The notes beneath the pieces were generated by a model. It worked only from the letters and a program-made list of their open reading frames with translations. It was not told the DNA's origin and ran no database searches. DNA of 41,700 nt, taken from the NCBI GenBank assembly GCA_019113305.1, contig DXHP01000048.1, positions 1 through 41,700 of the forward strand. Direction: 5' to 3'. Shown piece after piece: positions 10,575 through 19,769 of the stretch (the stretch's first letter is position 1; every line of letters begins with the position of its first letter). The DNA is from Candidatus Ignatzschineria merdigallinarum (lineage in GTDB: Bacteria > Pseudomonadota > Gammaproteobacteria > Cardiobacteriales > Wohlfahrtiimonadaceae). The translations under genes were made by a program, and so were the position numbers.

Positions 10575-12196
10575 TGATGCAGATTGAAAAGAAGTTGAGA
10601 AGAGGAAAGCGAGGAATATTCGCTTTTCTACTTTTAGTCACAATCATGATTAGTAACGCTATTTTTGCTGCAACGATTGTGGGAACCGGTCGTGCTGAGA
10701 ATCGAAATGGTGAATTGCTCATAGTTTTTCCTTTAAGTCAGCAGATTAAATTTAATAGTTTCAGATTGCAGAATCCTGAACGATTAGTGGTGGATATTCC
10801 CAATGCTCAATTACAGACAAAGGTCACATCATTGCCAATTACTTCGGCATTTGTTGGTGGCGTTCGTTTAGGAACGCAGCAAGGAACGGATCTGCGTGTC
10901 GTGATTGATCTGCGCCAAGGGAATGTGCCGGCAAGTGCGGCAGTTGTACGAGGTCGTGTCGGTTATGAATTAGTCATTGCGATTGGTGCTTCAGCTGGTA
11001 GTGTTCGGCAAGATTTGGCGGCATCAGGACAGACAGTAGTGACACAGCCGCAAGAGATTCAGGTTGCAAAATCAGTTCCGAAGAAGAATATTCTGATCGT
11101 GCTAGATCCTGGTCACGGTGGAAAGGATCCGGGTGCTCATGGAAAAGCAGGGACTCGTGAAAAAGATGTTGTATTACAAATTGCAAAAACCTTGCAGCAA
11201 AAGATTAATCGCGAACCTAATATGAAAGCGATTATGACGCGCGATAATGATACGTTTGTCCCACTTCGTGAGCGTGTGCTTTTTGCAAGACGACACAAAG
11301 CCGATATGTTTATCTCTATTCATGCGGATGCCGGTTCTGCAAAAGCAGATGGTGCTTCAGTCTATATTTTGTCAACAAGCGGCGCTTCTAGTGAAGCTGC
11401 TCGTTTATTGGCACGTGCCGAAAACCAATCTGATTTAATCGGAGGCGTTAAAATTTCAGATAAAGATAATGCAATCGCATCGATGTTGCTGGATTTATCA
11501 CAAGAAGCGACGATTGAGTCTTCTAATGCGCTTGGAAATCATCTCCTTAAAAAGTTAAGTCAACATGCAAACTTGCACAAGAGGCAGGTTGAGAGAGCAG
11601 GGTTTGCGGTCTTAAAAGCGCCAGATATCCCTTCTGTACTTGTTGAAACAGGATTTATTTCGAATCCTAAAGAAGAGCAAAATCTTCGGAGTAAAAAACA
11701 TCAAGGACGATTGGCTGATGATATTCTTGCTGGGATTAAAGCGTACTATAAAGAGCGTCCGGCAACAGAGCTGGTTTATACGACTGTTGTGCAGCGTGCT
11801 GATAACAGTTCGGCGCAAGTATTAGCGCAGCAGAATATGCCGCAAGCGGTGCCAACTCAGCCGGTTCAATCGCAACCAACATTGCCGGAATTAGTATTAG
11901 AATCTAATACTCAAAATTCCCAAGAGGTTGTAAATCAGATCTTAAATGATGCACCTCAAGTTAGTGTTTCAACGCCGCCGGTATCGATAGGTGTGCAATT
12001 TCCTGAGCCTTCAGGATCTGCTATTGAGTTAATTTCTGATGGAGTTCCGGCAAGATCTTATACAACGATCCGGGGTGATGCATTATCTGATGTTGCAGCA
12101 AAGTTTAAGGTGAGTGAATCTGCCTTGAAAAAGGTGAATAATTTGCCAGATAATCAATTGCGAGTACCTGTAGGTACGATTTTAACAATCCCTTAG
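10574..12196 (+). CDS. N-acetylmuramoyl-L-alanine amidase (AMIN + Amidase_3 + linker + LysM), AmiB/AmiC-like
   Basis: AMIN domain (FRLQNPERLVVD, LRVVIDL), IVLDPGHGGKDPGA, EKDVVL, FISIHAD, VLVETGFISN, C-terminal LysM (YTTIRGDALSDVAAKFKV...NNL...VGTILTIP). Start taken at the ATG overlapping the TPR stop (taATG); 10562 or 10577 are alternatives. Confidence 0.93.
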   Translation: MMQIEKKLRRGKRGIFAFLLLVTIMISNAIFAATIVGTGRAENRNGELLIVFPLSQQIKFNSFRLQNPERLVVDIPNAQLQTKVTSLPITSAFVGGVRLGTQQGTDLRVVIDLRQGNVPASAAVVRGRVGYELVIAIGASAGSVRQDLAASGQTVVTQPQEIQVAKSVPKKNILIVLDPGHGGKDPGAHGKAGTREKDVVLQIAKTLQQKINREPNMKAIMTRDNDTFVPLRERVLFARRHKADMFISIHADAGSAKADGASVYILSTSGASSEAARLLARAENQSDLIGGVKISDKDNAIASMLLDLSQEATIESSNALGNHLLKKLSQHANLHKRQVERAGFAVLKAPDIPSVLVETGFISNPKEEQNLRSKKHQGRLADDILAGIKAYYKERPATELVYTTVVQRADNSSAQVLAQQNMPQAVPTQPVQSQPTLPELVLESNTQNSQEVVNQILNDAPQVSVSTPPVSIGVQFPEPSGSAIELISDGVPARSYTTIRGDALSDVAAKFKVSESALKKVNNLPDNQLRVPVGTILTIP

Positions 12197-12230
12197 ATTT
12201 GGGATAAGATGTTGTAATGGATCTAATTGT

Positions 12231-12265
12231 AAAAGCGTATAGAAAATGTTTCTATGCGCTTTTTT
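12231..12265 (+). terminator. Intrinsic terminator after the amidase
   Basis: aaaagcgtatagaaa / tttctatgcgctttttt stem plus T-run. Confidence 0.85.
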
Positions 12266-12425
12266 ATATTGGTTTTCCTCCTTGATTTAGGATTTTATGA
12301 TTTATCAATAAAGATATTCCTCTAATAATATTTGATAGATAATTATTCAGATAAAGGGTATGTTCTTATATAAGCCCTTTGATTTTTGAAGGATATTCTA
12401 AAGTGATTATTTTAGGAGATATTGT

Positions 12426-13913
12426 ATGAAAAAATTAGCGGATTTAACCCCAAATCTTCGTCCACAAGCTTCCTATCAACTATTGATAGATGGCACATGG
12501 TCTGATGGTTCTCAAAAGAAAACATTTGAGAGTTTTAACCCGGCAACCGGTGAAAAATTAACAACGATTGCTGTTGCCGAGAAAGATGATGTTGATCGTG
12601 CAGTAGAGACTGCGTGGAAAGCCTTTGAAACATGGAGTAAAACTTCACCACAAGAGAGAGCAAAATATCTTCTAGAAATAGCTGATCGCTTAGAAGCAGA
12701 AGCAGAGCGTTTTGCCACATTAGAAACGTTGGATAATGGAAAGCCAATTCGTGAAACAACGAATGTGGATGTGCCGCTTGCCGTGGATCATTTCCGTTAC
12801 TTTGCCGGTGTGATTCGTGCGGAGAGTGATGAAGCAAATCTGATTAATCAAGATAGTTTAAGTATCGTTTTAAGTGAACCTATTGGCGTTGTAGGACAAA
12901 TTATTCCATGGAACTTCCCATTATTAATGGGCGCTTGGAAAATTGCGCCGGCGTTAGCAGCTGGAAACTGTATTGTTATTAAACCTTCTAGTGATACGTC
13001 AATTTCTGTTTTAGAGCTTGGAAGAATTTTAAATGAAGTTCTACCCAAAGGTGTCGTGAGTGTATTAACGGGCGGTGGTTCGACTACAGGAAATCATATT
13101 TTAGAGCATGAAGGTTTTAGTAAATTTGCTTTTACGGGTTCTACTGAAATTGGTTATAACGTTGCGAAAGCGGCGGCAGATAAGCTTATTCCAGCAACTT
13201 TAGAGCTGGGAGGGAAATCTGCTAATATTGTATTTGATGATGCGCAGATTGATAAAGCGATTGATGGTGCCTTGATGGGGATTTTGTTTAACCAAGGGCA
13301 GGTTTGTTGCGCCGGATCAAGACTCTTTATTCAGCGTGGGATTTATGATGAGTTTTTAAAACGCTTGAAAGAGAAATTTGAGAGCGTCAAAGTTGGTGAT
13401 CCTCTAGATCCTAGCACTCAAATGGGCGCACAGATTAATGAGAAACAGTTAAAACAGATTCTGGGATATGTTGATATTGCAAGAGAAGAAGGTGCAACGA
13501 TTCTTACGGGTGGTAAGCGAGCTCATGAAACTGGGGCATTTTTATGTCCAACCGCAATTACAGATGTAAAACCTAATATGCGTATCGAAAAAGAGGAAGT
13601 TTTTGGTCCTGTTGTTGCCATTATTGTTTTTGATACAGAAGATGAAGTAATCCAATGGGCGAATGACTCTGAGTACGGATTAGGGGGAGCTGTTTGGACT
13701 CGGGATATTAATCGTGCTTTCCGTGTCGCTAAAGCCGTTAGAACAGGAAGAATGTGGGTGAATACTTACAATGAATTGCCGGCGCATTCTCCATTTGGTG
13801 GTTATAAGAAATCAGGAATCGGCCGTGAGACCCATAAAATGATTTTAGATGCTTATACTCAGAAGAAAAATATCTATATCAGTTTTAATGAGAAGCTCAC
13901 GGGATTCTATTAG
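12426..13913 (+). CDS. NAD-dependent aldehyde dehydrogenase
   Basis: [32 protein letters not shown], catalytic [31 protein letters not shown]; AGGAG RBS. Confidence 0.96.
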   Translation: MKKLADLTPNLRPQASYQLLIDGTWSDGSQKKTFESFNPATGEKLTTIAVAEKDDVDRAVETAWKAFETWSKTSPQERAKYLLEIADRLEAEAERFATLETLDNGKPIRETTNVDVPLAVDHFRYFAGVIRAESDEANLINQDSLSIVLSEPIGVVGQIIPWNFPLLMGAWKIAPALAAGNCIVIKPSSDTSISVLELGRILNEVLPKGVVSVLTGGGSTTGNHILEHEGFSKFAFTGSTEIGYNVAKAAADKLIPATLELGGKSANIVFDDAQIDKAIDGALMGILFNQGQVCCAGSRLFIQRGIYDEFLKRLKEKFESVKVGDPLDPSTQMGAQINEKQLKQILGYVDIAREEGATILTGGKRAHETGAFLCPTAITDVKPNMRIEKEEVFGPVVAIIVFDTEDEVIQWANDSEYGLGGAVWTRDINRAFRVAKAVRTGRMWVNTYNELPAHSPFGGYKKSGIGRETHKMILDAYTQKKNIYISFNEKLTGFY

Positions 13914-14061
13914 TTCTCATTAGCGCTATCGTTATCATTTTATGATGAAATATGATCAATGAGCTTTCTGGAAAAATAAGATGTTACATCGTGATCAGTA
14001 GTCTTACATGATCTGAATAAAAGTCACGAATATTGACAGATTGATAGAAAACTTAAAGGAC

Positions 14062-14091
14062 AAAAGAGCTAGGAAACTAGCTCTTTTTTTT
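14062..14091 (+). terminator. Intrinsic terminator after the aldehyde dehydrogenase
   Basis: aaaagagctag-gaaa-ctagctc followed by 8 T. Confidence 0.9.
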
Positions 14092-14113
14092 ACAACTGTA
14101 TTAAAGTTAGTCA

Positions 14114-14132
14114 AATGTTACAGATTATCATT
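14114..14132. promoter_or_regulatory. Putative Fur box (distal)
   Basis: aatgttacagattatcatt, 15/19 match to AATGATAATCATTATCATT, upstream of an iron ABC operon. Confidence 0.6.
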
Positions 14133-14176
14133 TAAAACGTTTAATTCACCTATGAAAAATCTAAATATCCCTGTAA

Positions 14177-14195
14177 AATAACAATCATTATCATT
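14177..14195. promoter_or_regulatory. Fur box (proximal)
   Basis: aataacaatcattatcatt, 17/19 match to AATGATAATCATTATCATT, 40 nt before the permease start. Confidence 0.85.
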
Positions 14196-14235
14196 CGAAT
14201 TGATATTCCATTTGTAAAAGGCTAGTTCTATAAAC

Positions 14236-15186
14236 ATGAGAATACGATATTGGGTTCTCATTCTCGTTATATTATCTGTGATTTCCCTTTTTGTGGGCGT
14301 CATTAATATTTCCGTGAATGACCTCTTTAATTTAACTGATGCGCAGAAACAGACAATTTTAATTAGTCGCATTCCAAGATTGATCACCATTTTAATTGCT
14401 GGCGCAAGCTTGTCGATAAGTGGTTTGATTATGCAAAAACTCAGTCAGAATCCGTTTGTATCGCCTACAACGGCAGGAACAATGGAGTCCGCACGTCTCG
14501 GGATCTTAATCGCAATTTTATTATTTGCCGGTGCATCACCAATTATTAAAATGGCGCTAGCTTTTGTGTTTGCGTTACTGGGCACGTTTGTCTTCATGAA
14601 GATTTTGAATCATATTCGCTATAAAGATGCGATTTTCGTGCCATTAATTGGTTTGATGTTTGGGGGAATTATTGGTTCTATTTCGACATTTATTGCTTAT
14701 AAGTATGATCTTATTCAGAACCTTGCTTCATGGTTGATTGGCGATTTTTCGATGGTGATGGCGGGGCGTTATGAGCTGATTTACATCTCTATTCCTCTCA
14801 TGATTATTGCCTATTTATATGCACATCAATTTTCCATCGCCGGCATGGGACAAGATTTTGCGAAGAACCTAGGTCTTAAATATCAGCAAATTGTGAATAT
14901 TGGTTTAGCAATTGTGGCGATGATTACGGCATCTGTGATTTTAACAGTTGGAATGATTCCCTTTTTAGGGTTAATTGTGCCGAATATTGTCTCGCTTTAT
15001 AAGGGGGATAATATTCGTGTAACGCTTCCTTTTACGGCGATTTTAGGAGCGGTAGTTGTTTTGGTCTGTGATATTGTGGGGCGTCTGGTGATTTATCCTT
15101 ATGAAATTCCAATTAGTGTCATGATTGGGATTATCGGTAGTGCAATTTTTATTTGGTTACTCTTTAAAAAGGCGGCAAGCGCATGA
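14236..15186 (+). CDS. Iron-siderophore ABC permease (FecCD family; CeuB/YclN/FatD-like)
   Basis: Highly hydrophobic; SRIPRL, GLIMQ..SQNPFVSPTTAGT, GMGQDFAKNLGL, IPFLGLIVPNIV, PYEIP. Confidence 0.93.
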   Translation: MRIRYWVLILVILSVISLFVGVINISVNDLFNLTDAQKQTILISRIPRLITILIAGASLSISGLIMQKLSQNPFVSPTTAGTMESARLGILIAILLFAGASPIIKMALAFVFALLGTFVFMKILNHIRYKDAIFVPLIGLMFGGIIGSISTFIAYKYDLIQNLASWLIGDFSMVMAGRYELIYISIPLMIIAYLYAHQFSIAGMGQDFAKNLGLKYQQIVNIGLAIVAMITASVILTVGMIPFLGLIVPNIVSLYKGDNIRVTLPFTAILGAVVVLVCDIVGRLVIYPYEIPISVMIGIIGSAIFIWLLFKKAASA

Positions 15187-16127
15187 GTAACCGATTAAAA
15201 TTATTAATATTAGTAGCGCTGACAGTTGTGAGCGTATCGCTGTATCTCTTTTATCAATTGGGTTCTAACTGGGATTATGTATTGCCTCGCCGTGGTTACA
15301 AGGTTGCGGCAATGGTTGTTGCGGGTAGTGCCATTGCTTTTTCAACGGTGATCTTTCAAACAGTCACCCACAATCGAATTTTAACGCCGAGTATTATGGG
15401 GTTAGATTCCCTCTATCTTCTCGTACAGACATTGTTGGTGTTTTTCTTAGGTGGAAAGAACTTCGCCATGATCGGCAATGAGTGGTTATTCTTGCTCTCG
15501 GTTGGTGTTTTGGTGTTGTTTTCAATAGGATTATTTAAGGGTGTTTTAGGAAAAGAAGGGCGCTCAGTATATTTTCTATTATTAATTGGGATTGTATTAG
15601 GCGCATTATTTCAGAGTTTAGCTACATTTATGCAGGTTTTGATCGATCCAAATGAGTTTATGATTGTTCAAGATAAGATGTTTGCGAGCTTTAATAATGT
15701 CCAAGTGAAACTACTTTGGTGGTCGGTAGGGATTTTAGCCGTCACATTTATAGGTTATATTCCTTATCTGAAATATCTTGATGTTTTATCGTTAGGACGA
15801 GATCAATCGCTCAATCTAGGTGTGTCATATCAGCATATAGTGATGGTGACATTGATTGTTGTTGCGATCTTTACGGCAGTATCGACCGCTTTAATAGGGC
15901 CGATAACCTTTTTAGGTCTATTGGTCGCGAATCTTGCCTATGAAGTATTTAAAACATATCGTCATTCCATTTTGTTGGTGGGCGCTGTGTTAGTGTCAAT
16001 TATTGCCCTCTCTTTCGGGCAAGTATTAGTGGAAAGAGTATTTAGTTTCTCTACGACATTGAGTGTAATTATTAACTTTATCGGGGGAATCTACTTCATG
16101 TATTTATTATTGAGGGGGAGCAAATAA
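15183..16127 (+). CDS. Iron-siderophore ABC permease (CeuC/YclO/FatC-like)
   Basis: FQTVTHNRILTPSIMGLDSLY, LDVLSLGRDQSLNLGV, GPITFLGLLVANLAY; ATGA overlap with the upstream permease. Confidence 0.93.
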   Translation: MSNRLKLLILVALTVVSVSLYLFYQLGSNWDYVLPRRGYKVAAMVVAGSAIAFSTVIFQTVTHNRILTPSIMGLDSLYLLVQTLLVFFLGGKNFAMIGNEWLFLLSVGVLVLFSIGLFKGVLGKEGRSVYFLLLIGIVLGALFQSLATFMQVLIDPNEFMIVQDKMFASFNNVQVKLLWWSVGILAVTFIGYIPYLKYLDVLSLGRDQSLNLGVSYQHIVMVTLIVVAIFTAVSTALIGPITFLGLLVANLAYEVFKTYRHSILLVGAVLVSIIALSFGQVLVERVFSFSTTLSVIINFIGGIYFMYLLLRGSK

Positions 16128-16885
16128 TGGTTATTGTTGAAAATGTTTCCAAGCTCTTTGGTCAGAAAAAAGTAGTGGATGATGTTTCTATTACGATTCC
16201 AAAGAACAAGATTACCTCGCTGATCGGACCTAATGGTGCAGGGAAGAGCACATTATTAGGAATGATGAGTCGTTTATTAACACCAGATAGTGGTAAGGTG
16301 TCGATCGAGGGTCGTTTGATCGCCGATTGGAAACACGACGAATTGGCGAAGAAGATCTCGATTTTAAAGCAGGCAAATCATTTAAATTTACGTATTACGG
16401 TCAGAGAACTCGTAGCTTTTGGTCGCTTTCCTCATAGTAAAGGTCGCTTAACAACAGAAGATCATCGTTATATCGATGAAGCGATTGAGTATATGGGGTT
16501 ATCAGAACTGCAAGATAAATATGTATCTGAATTAAGTGGTGGCCAACGACAATGTGCATTTATTGCGATGGTAGTTGCGCAAAATACTGAGATTATTTTC
16601 TTGGATGAGCCATTAAATAACCTTGATATGAAGCATTCTGTAGAAATTATGCAAGTGCTTCGTAAGTTAGTGGATGAGAAAAATAAAACGATTGTTATTG
16701 TTATCCATGATATTAATTTTGCATCATGTTACTCCGATCATATTATTTCTCTGAAGAAAGGTGCCTTGGTTCATGAAGGGGAAACAGAGAAGATTATCGA
16801 TAGTAATATCTTACGTGATATTTATGATATGGAAATTCCTATCCAAATGATTGATGATCGCCGTATTTGTGTCTATTTCTCGTAG
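16127..16885 (+). CDS. Iron-siderophore ABC ATP-binding protein (CeuD/YclP-like)
   Basis: Walker A GPNGAGKST, signature LSGGQRQ, Walker B IFLDEP, H-loop IHDIN. Confidence 0.95.
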   Translation: MVIVENVSKLFGQKKVVDDVSITIPKNKITSLIGPNGAGKSTLLGMMSRLLTPDSGKVSIEGRLIADWKHDELAKKISILKQANHLNLRITVRELVAFGRFPHSKGRLTTEDHRYIDEAIEYMGLSELQDKYVSELSGGQRQCAFIAMVVAQNTEIIFLDEPLNNLDMKHSVEIMQVLRKLVDEKNKTIVIVIHDINFASCYSDHIISLKKGALVHEGETEKIIDSNILRDIYDMEIPIQMIDDRRICVYFS

Positions 16886-16987
16886 TTCATGAATCTATAA
16901 TAGATAGCCCTTATGATAAGTGATTTGAGAAAAGAGCATCATAAGGGGAAAAATAGATTGGGTAAATCCCTTTTTTTAAGGTATTCT

Positions 16988-17006
16988 AATGTGAATGATT
17001 CTCAGT
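16988..17006. promoter_or_regulatory. Putative Fur box upstream of the substrate-binding lipoprotein gene
   Basis: aatgtgaatgattctcagt, two mismatches from the palindrome AATGAGAATnATTCTCATT, inside a 271-bp gap. Confidence 0.7.
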
Positions 17007-17156
17007 TTAAAAAGTAACTGGGTATCAAATGAGTTTTTAATAATCGTGATATGTCTCTATTATCAAGAGGATATTAGGATCATGTCAGGGCTATTTAAGG
17101 TTTTAAGTCTTTAAATTAATGAGTTGTAAACTTGGTAAAATTATAAGGAGTTACCG

Positions 17157-18149
17157 ATGAGAACAAAAATGTTTAAGAGAGTTGTGATTGCATCTGCATT
17201 AGCATTAGTTTTAGCAGCATGCGGCGATGAAAAGAAAGCAGTAGTTGAATCATCAGCGCCGGCAACAACTAATCCTGCAACAGAAACAACACAACCAGCT
17301 GCACCGAAGACAGTGACAATTAAACATGGTTCTGGTGAAACGGTTGTTCCTTTAAATGCCGATAAAGTAATCTCTTTTGACTTAGGAGCTATTGATACTT
17401 TAGAAGTGTTGGGGGTCGATATTCAAGGACTTCCAAAGGCTAACTTACCTTCATATTTAGTAGAGTATAAAGGTGATAAGTACGGTGACTTCGGGAGTTT
17501 AAAAGAGCCAAACTTTGAAGCAATTCATGCGGCAAAACCAGAAGTGATCATTATTGCATTGCGTCAAGCCGCGATGTACGATCAATTTGCTGAGATTGCG
17601 CCAACCGTAAACTTATCATTAGATGAGCAAAACTACATTGAGTCAACGATCAGTAATGTTCGTACGATTGGTAAGATGTTTGATAAAGAAGATGCTGTAG
17701 AAGCTGAAATTAAAGCGCTTCAAGATAAAGTTGCTAAAGTGCATGAGCAGACTTCTAATATGTCAGAAACAGCGCTTATTCTTCTTGTAAATGATGGGAA
17801 AATCAGTGCTTATGGTCCAGGCTCACGCTTTGGTATTATTCACGATGAGTTAGGATTTAAGCCGGCAGATAAAGGGATTCAAGTCTCTCGTCACGGCCAA
17901 ACGGCATCTTTTGAATATGTGATGGATTTAAATCCTGACTATATCTTTGTGGTAGATCGTAGTGCCGTTGTGGGAAATAGCGAAACTTCGGCAAAACAAG
18001 TTGTTGAAAATGATTTAGTGAAGAATACTAATGCTTATAAAAACAACAAAATCATCTACTTAGATCCAAACGTTTGGTATCTTTCAGGCGGTGGCATTAA
18101 GTCAACAACCAAAATGGTTGACGATGTCCAAGATGCAATTAATCAGTAA
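17157..18149 (+). CDS. Catecholate-siderophore ABC substrate-binding lipoprotein (CeuE/YclQ/FatB-like)
   Basis: Lipobox LAAC, GSLKEPNFE, GSRFGIIH, SRHGQ, VDRSA, WYLSGGG; AAGGAG RBS. Confidence 0.92.
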   Translation: MRTKMFKRVVIASALALVLAACGDEKKAVVESSAPATTNPATETTQPAAPKTVTIKHGSGETVVPLNADKVISFDLGAIDTLEVLGVDIQGLPKANLPSYLVEYKGDKYGDFGSLKEPNFEAIHAAKPEVIIIALRQAAMYDQFAEIAPTVNLSLDEQNYIESTISNVRTIGKMFDKEDAVEAEIKALQDKVAKVHEQTSNMSETALILLVNDGKISAYGPGSRFGIIHDELGFKPADKGIQVSRHGQTASFEYVMDLNPDYIFVVDRSAVVGNSETSAKQVVENDLVKNTNAYKNNKIIYLDPNVWYLSGGGIKSTTKMVDDVQDAINQ

Positions 18150-18244
18150 TTGTTAAATAGAATATTGGGTTAACGGATATTTAATATATCTGATAGTGAA
18201 GATCTGAAGAGGTTATTAATCTTTTTTAATCTTCGTTGATCTAT

Positions 18245-18276
18245 AAAGCGTAATTCATCGTGAGTTACGCTTTTTT
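18245..18276 (+). terminator. Intrinsic terminator after the siderophore-binding protein
   Basis: aaagcgtaattca / tgagttacgc plus T6. Confidence 0.85.
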
Positions 18277-18456
18277 ATTGTTTGAGAAAAATATTGTGAG
18301 GAAAAATCGATTTTTAAAGTGAGAGTATGATCGAGAGGAAGGTATTAGATGCGGTATTTTTCATTGGTATAAATAGGTATTAGCGCTTTTCTCAAGTTCG
18401 TTTGAGTTTGAAAGGAAAGAGATAGGGAATGATTAATGTCGATAATGGTCACGAAT

Positions 18457-18499
18457 AAAAAAATCCCGACATTGAATTGAAATCAGTGCCGGGATTTTT
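18457..18499 (-). terminator. Intrinsic terminator after argG
   Basis: aaaaaaatcccgacattga / tcagtgccgggattttt imperfect stem with A-run on +. Confidence 0.8.
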
Positions 18500-18528
18500 A
18501 ATGTTTTATTAAATCGTTTTAAAGTTGA

Positions 18529-19737
18529 TTAACGACGATTTTTGCTAGCTGCAATACGTAAGCGAAGTGCGTTTAATTTGATGAAACCACCAGCATCTTT
18601 TTGATCGTATGCACCGCCATCATCTTCAAATGTTGCGATATCTTCGTCAAATAGGGAATCATCTGATTTACGTCCCACAATAATCACGTTGCCTTTATAG
18701 AGTTTAACGCGAACAACACCGTTCACAAATTTTTGTGATTCATCGATCATTGTTTGAAGCATTTCACGCTCAGGGCTCCACCAGTATCCGTTATAGATAA
18801 GGCTTGCGTATTTTGGCATTAATTCATCTTTAAGATGAGCAACTTCGCGGTCTAAAGTGATTGATTCGATTGCACGATGTGCTTTAAGCATAATCGTTCC
18901 CGCTGGTGTTTCATAACAACCACGGGCTTTCATGCCTACATAACGGTTTTCAACGATATCCACACGACCAATACCATTAGCACCAGCGAGTTTATTGAGT
19001 TGCGCCATCACGTTTGCAGGAGATGTTTCAACGCCATCAATCGCAACGATATCACCTTTACGGTAAGTTAATTCAACATAAGTTGCCTTATCGGGTGCTT
19101 GTTCTGGTGAAACTGTCCAGCGCCACATGTCTGCTTCTGGTTCGCTCCATGGATCTTCTAATGATAAGCCTTCGTATGAAATATGAAGAAGGTTTGCATC
19201 CATTGAGTAAGGTGATTTTTTACCACCACGGTCAATAGCGATGTTGTTTTTCTCTGCATAATCGAGAAGTTTTTCACGAGACATTAAGTCCCATTCACGC
19301 CAAGGAGCAATCACTTTAACGCCAGGTTTAAGCGCATAAGCACCGAGTTCGAAACGGACTTGGTCGTTACCTTTACCTGTTGCGCCGTGTGAGATTGCGT
19401 CAGCACCTGTTTCATTTGCGATTTCGATTAAACGTTTCGCGATTAATGGACGCGCGATTGAAGTACCGAGAAGGTATTCGCCTTCGTAGATTGCATTTGC
19501 ACGGAACATTGGAAAAATAAAGTCGCGCGCAAATTCTTCGCGTAGATCATCAATATAGATCTCTTTTACGCCGAGTGCTTGAGCTTTCTCGCGTGCTGGT
19601 TCAACTTCTTCCCCTTGACCGATATCTGCAGTAAATGTGACTACTTCGCAATTATACTCGTCTTGTAACCACTTAAGGATTACGGAAGTGTCTAACCCGC
19701 CTGAATATGCGAGGACCACTTTATTGATTTTTTCCAT
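18529..19737 (-). CDS. argG: Argininosuccinate synthase (short type)
   Basis: [58 protein letters not shown]. Confidence 0.98.
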   Translation of the reverse strand: MEKINKVVLAYSGGLDTSVILKWLQDEYNCEVVTFTADIGQGEEVEPAREKAQALGVKEIYIDDLREEFARDFIFPMFRANAIYEGEYLLGTSIARPLIAKRLIEIANETGADAISHGATGKGNDQVRFELGAYALKPGVKVIAPWREWDLMSREKLLDYAEKNNIAIDRGGKKSPYSMDANLLHISYEGLSLEDPWSEPEADMWRWTVSPEQAPDKATYVELTYRKGDIVAIDGVETSPANVMAQLNKLAGANGIGRVDIVENRYVGMKARGCYETPAGTIMLKAHRAIESITLDREVAHLKDELMPKYASLIYNGYWWSPEREMLQTMIDESQKFVNGVVRVKLYKGNVIIVGRKSDDSLFDEDIATFEDDGGAYDQKDAGGFIKLNALRLRIAASKNRR

Positions 19738-19769
19738 TACAGTCTCCTGTCGACTTTTGGTATGAAAGA

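Noticed and set aside
10592-10612. RRGKRG as a Tat signal in the amidase
   Set aside because: Does not fit S/T-R-R-x-F-L-K; the hydrophobic core and AIFA cleavage site fit Sec export.
14118-14390. 90-aa antisense ORF over the iron permease start
   Set aside because: Shadow frame covering Fur boxes and the permease; no coding evidence.
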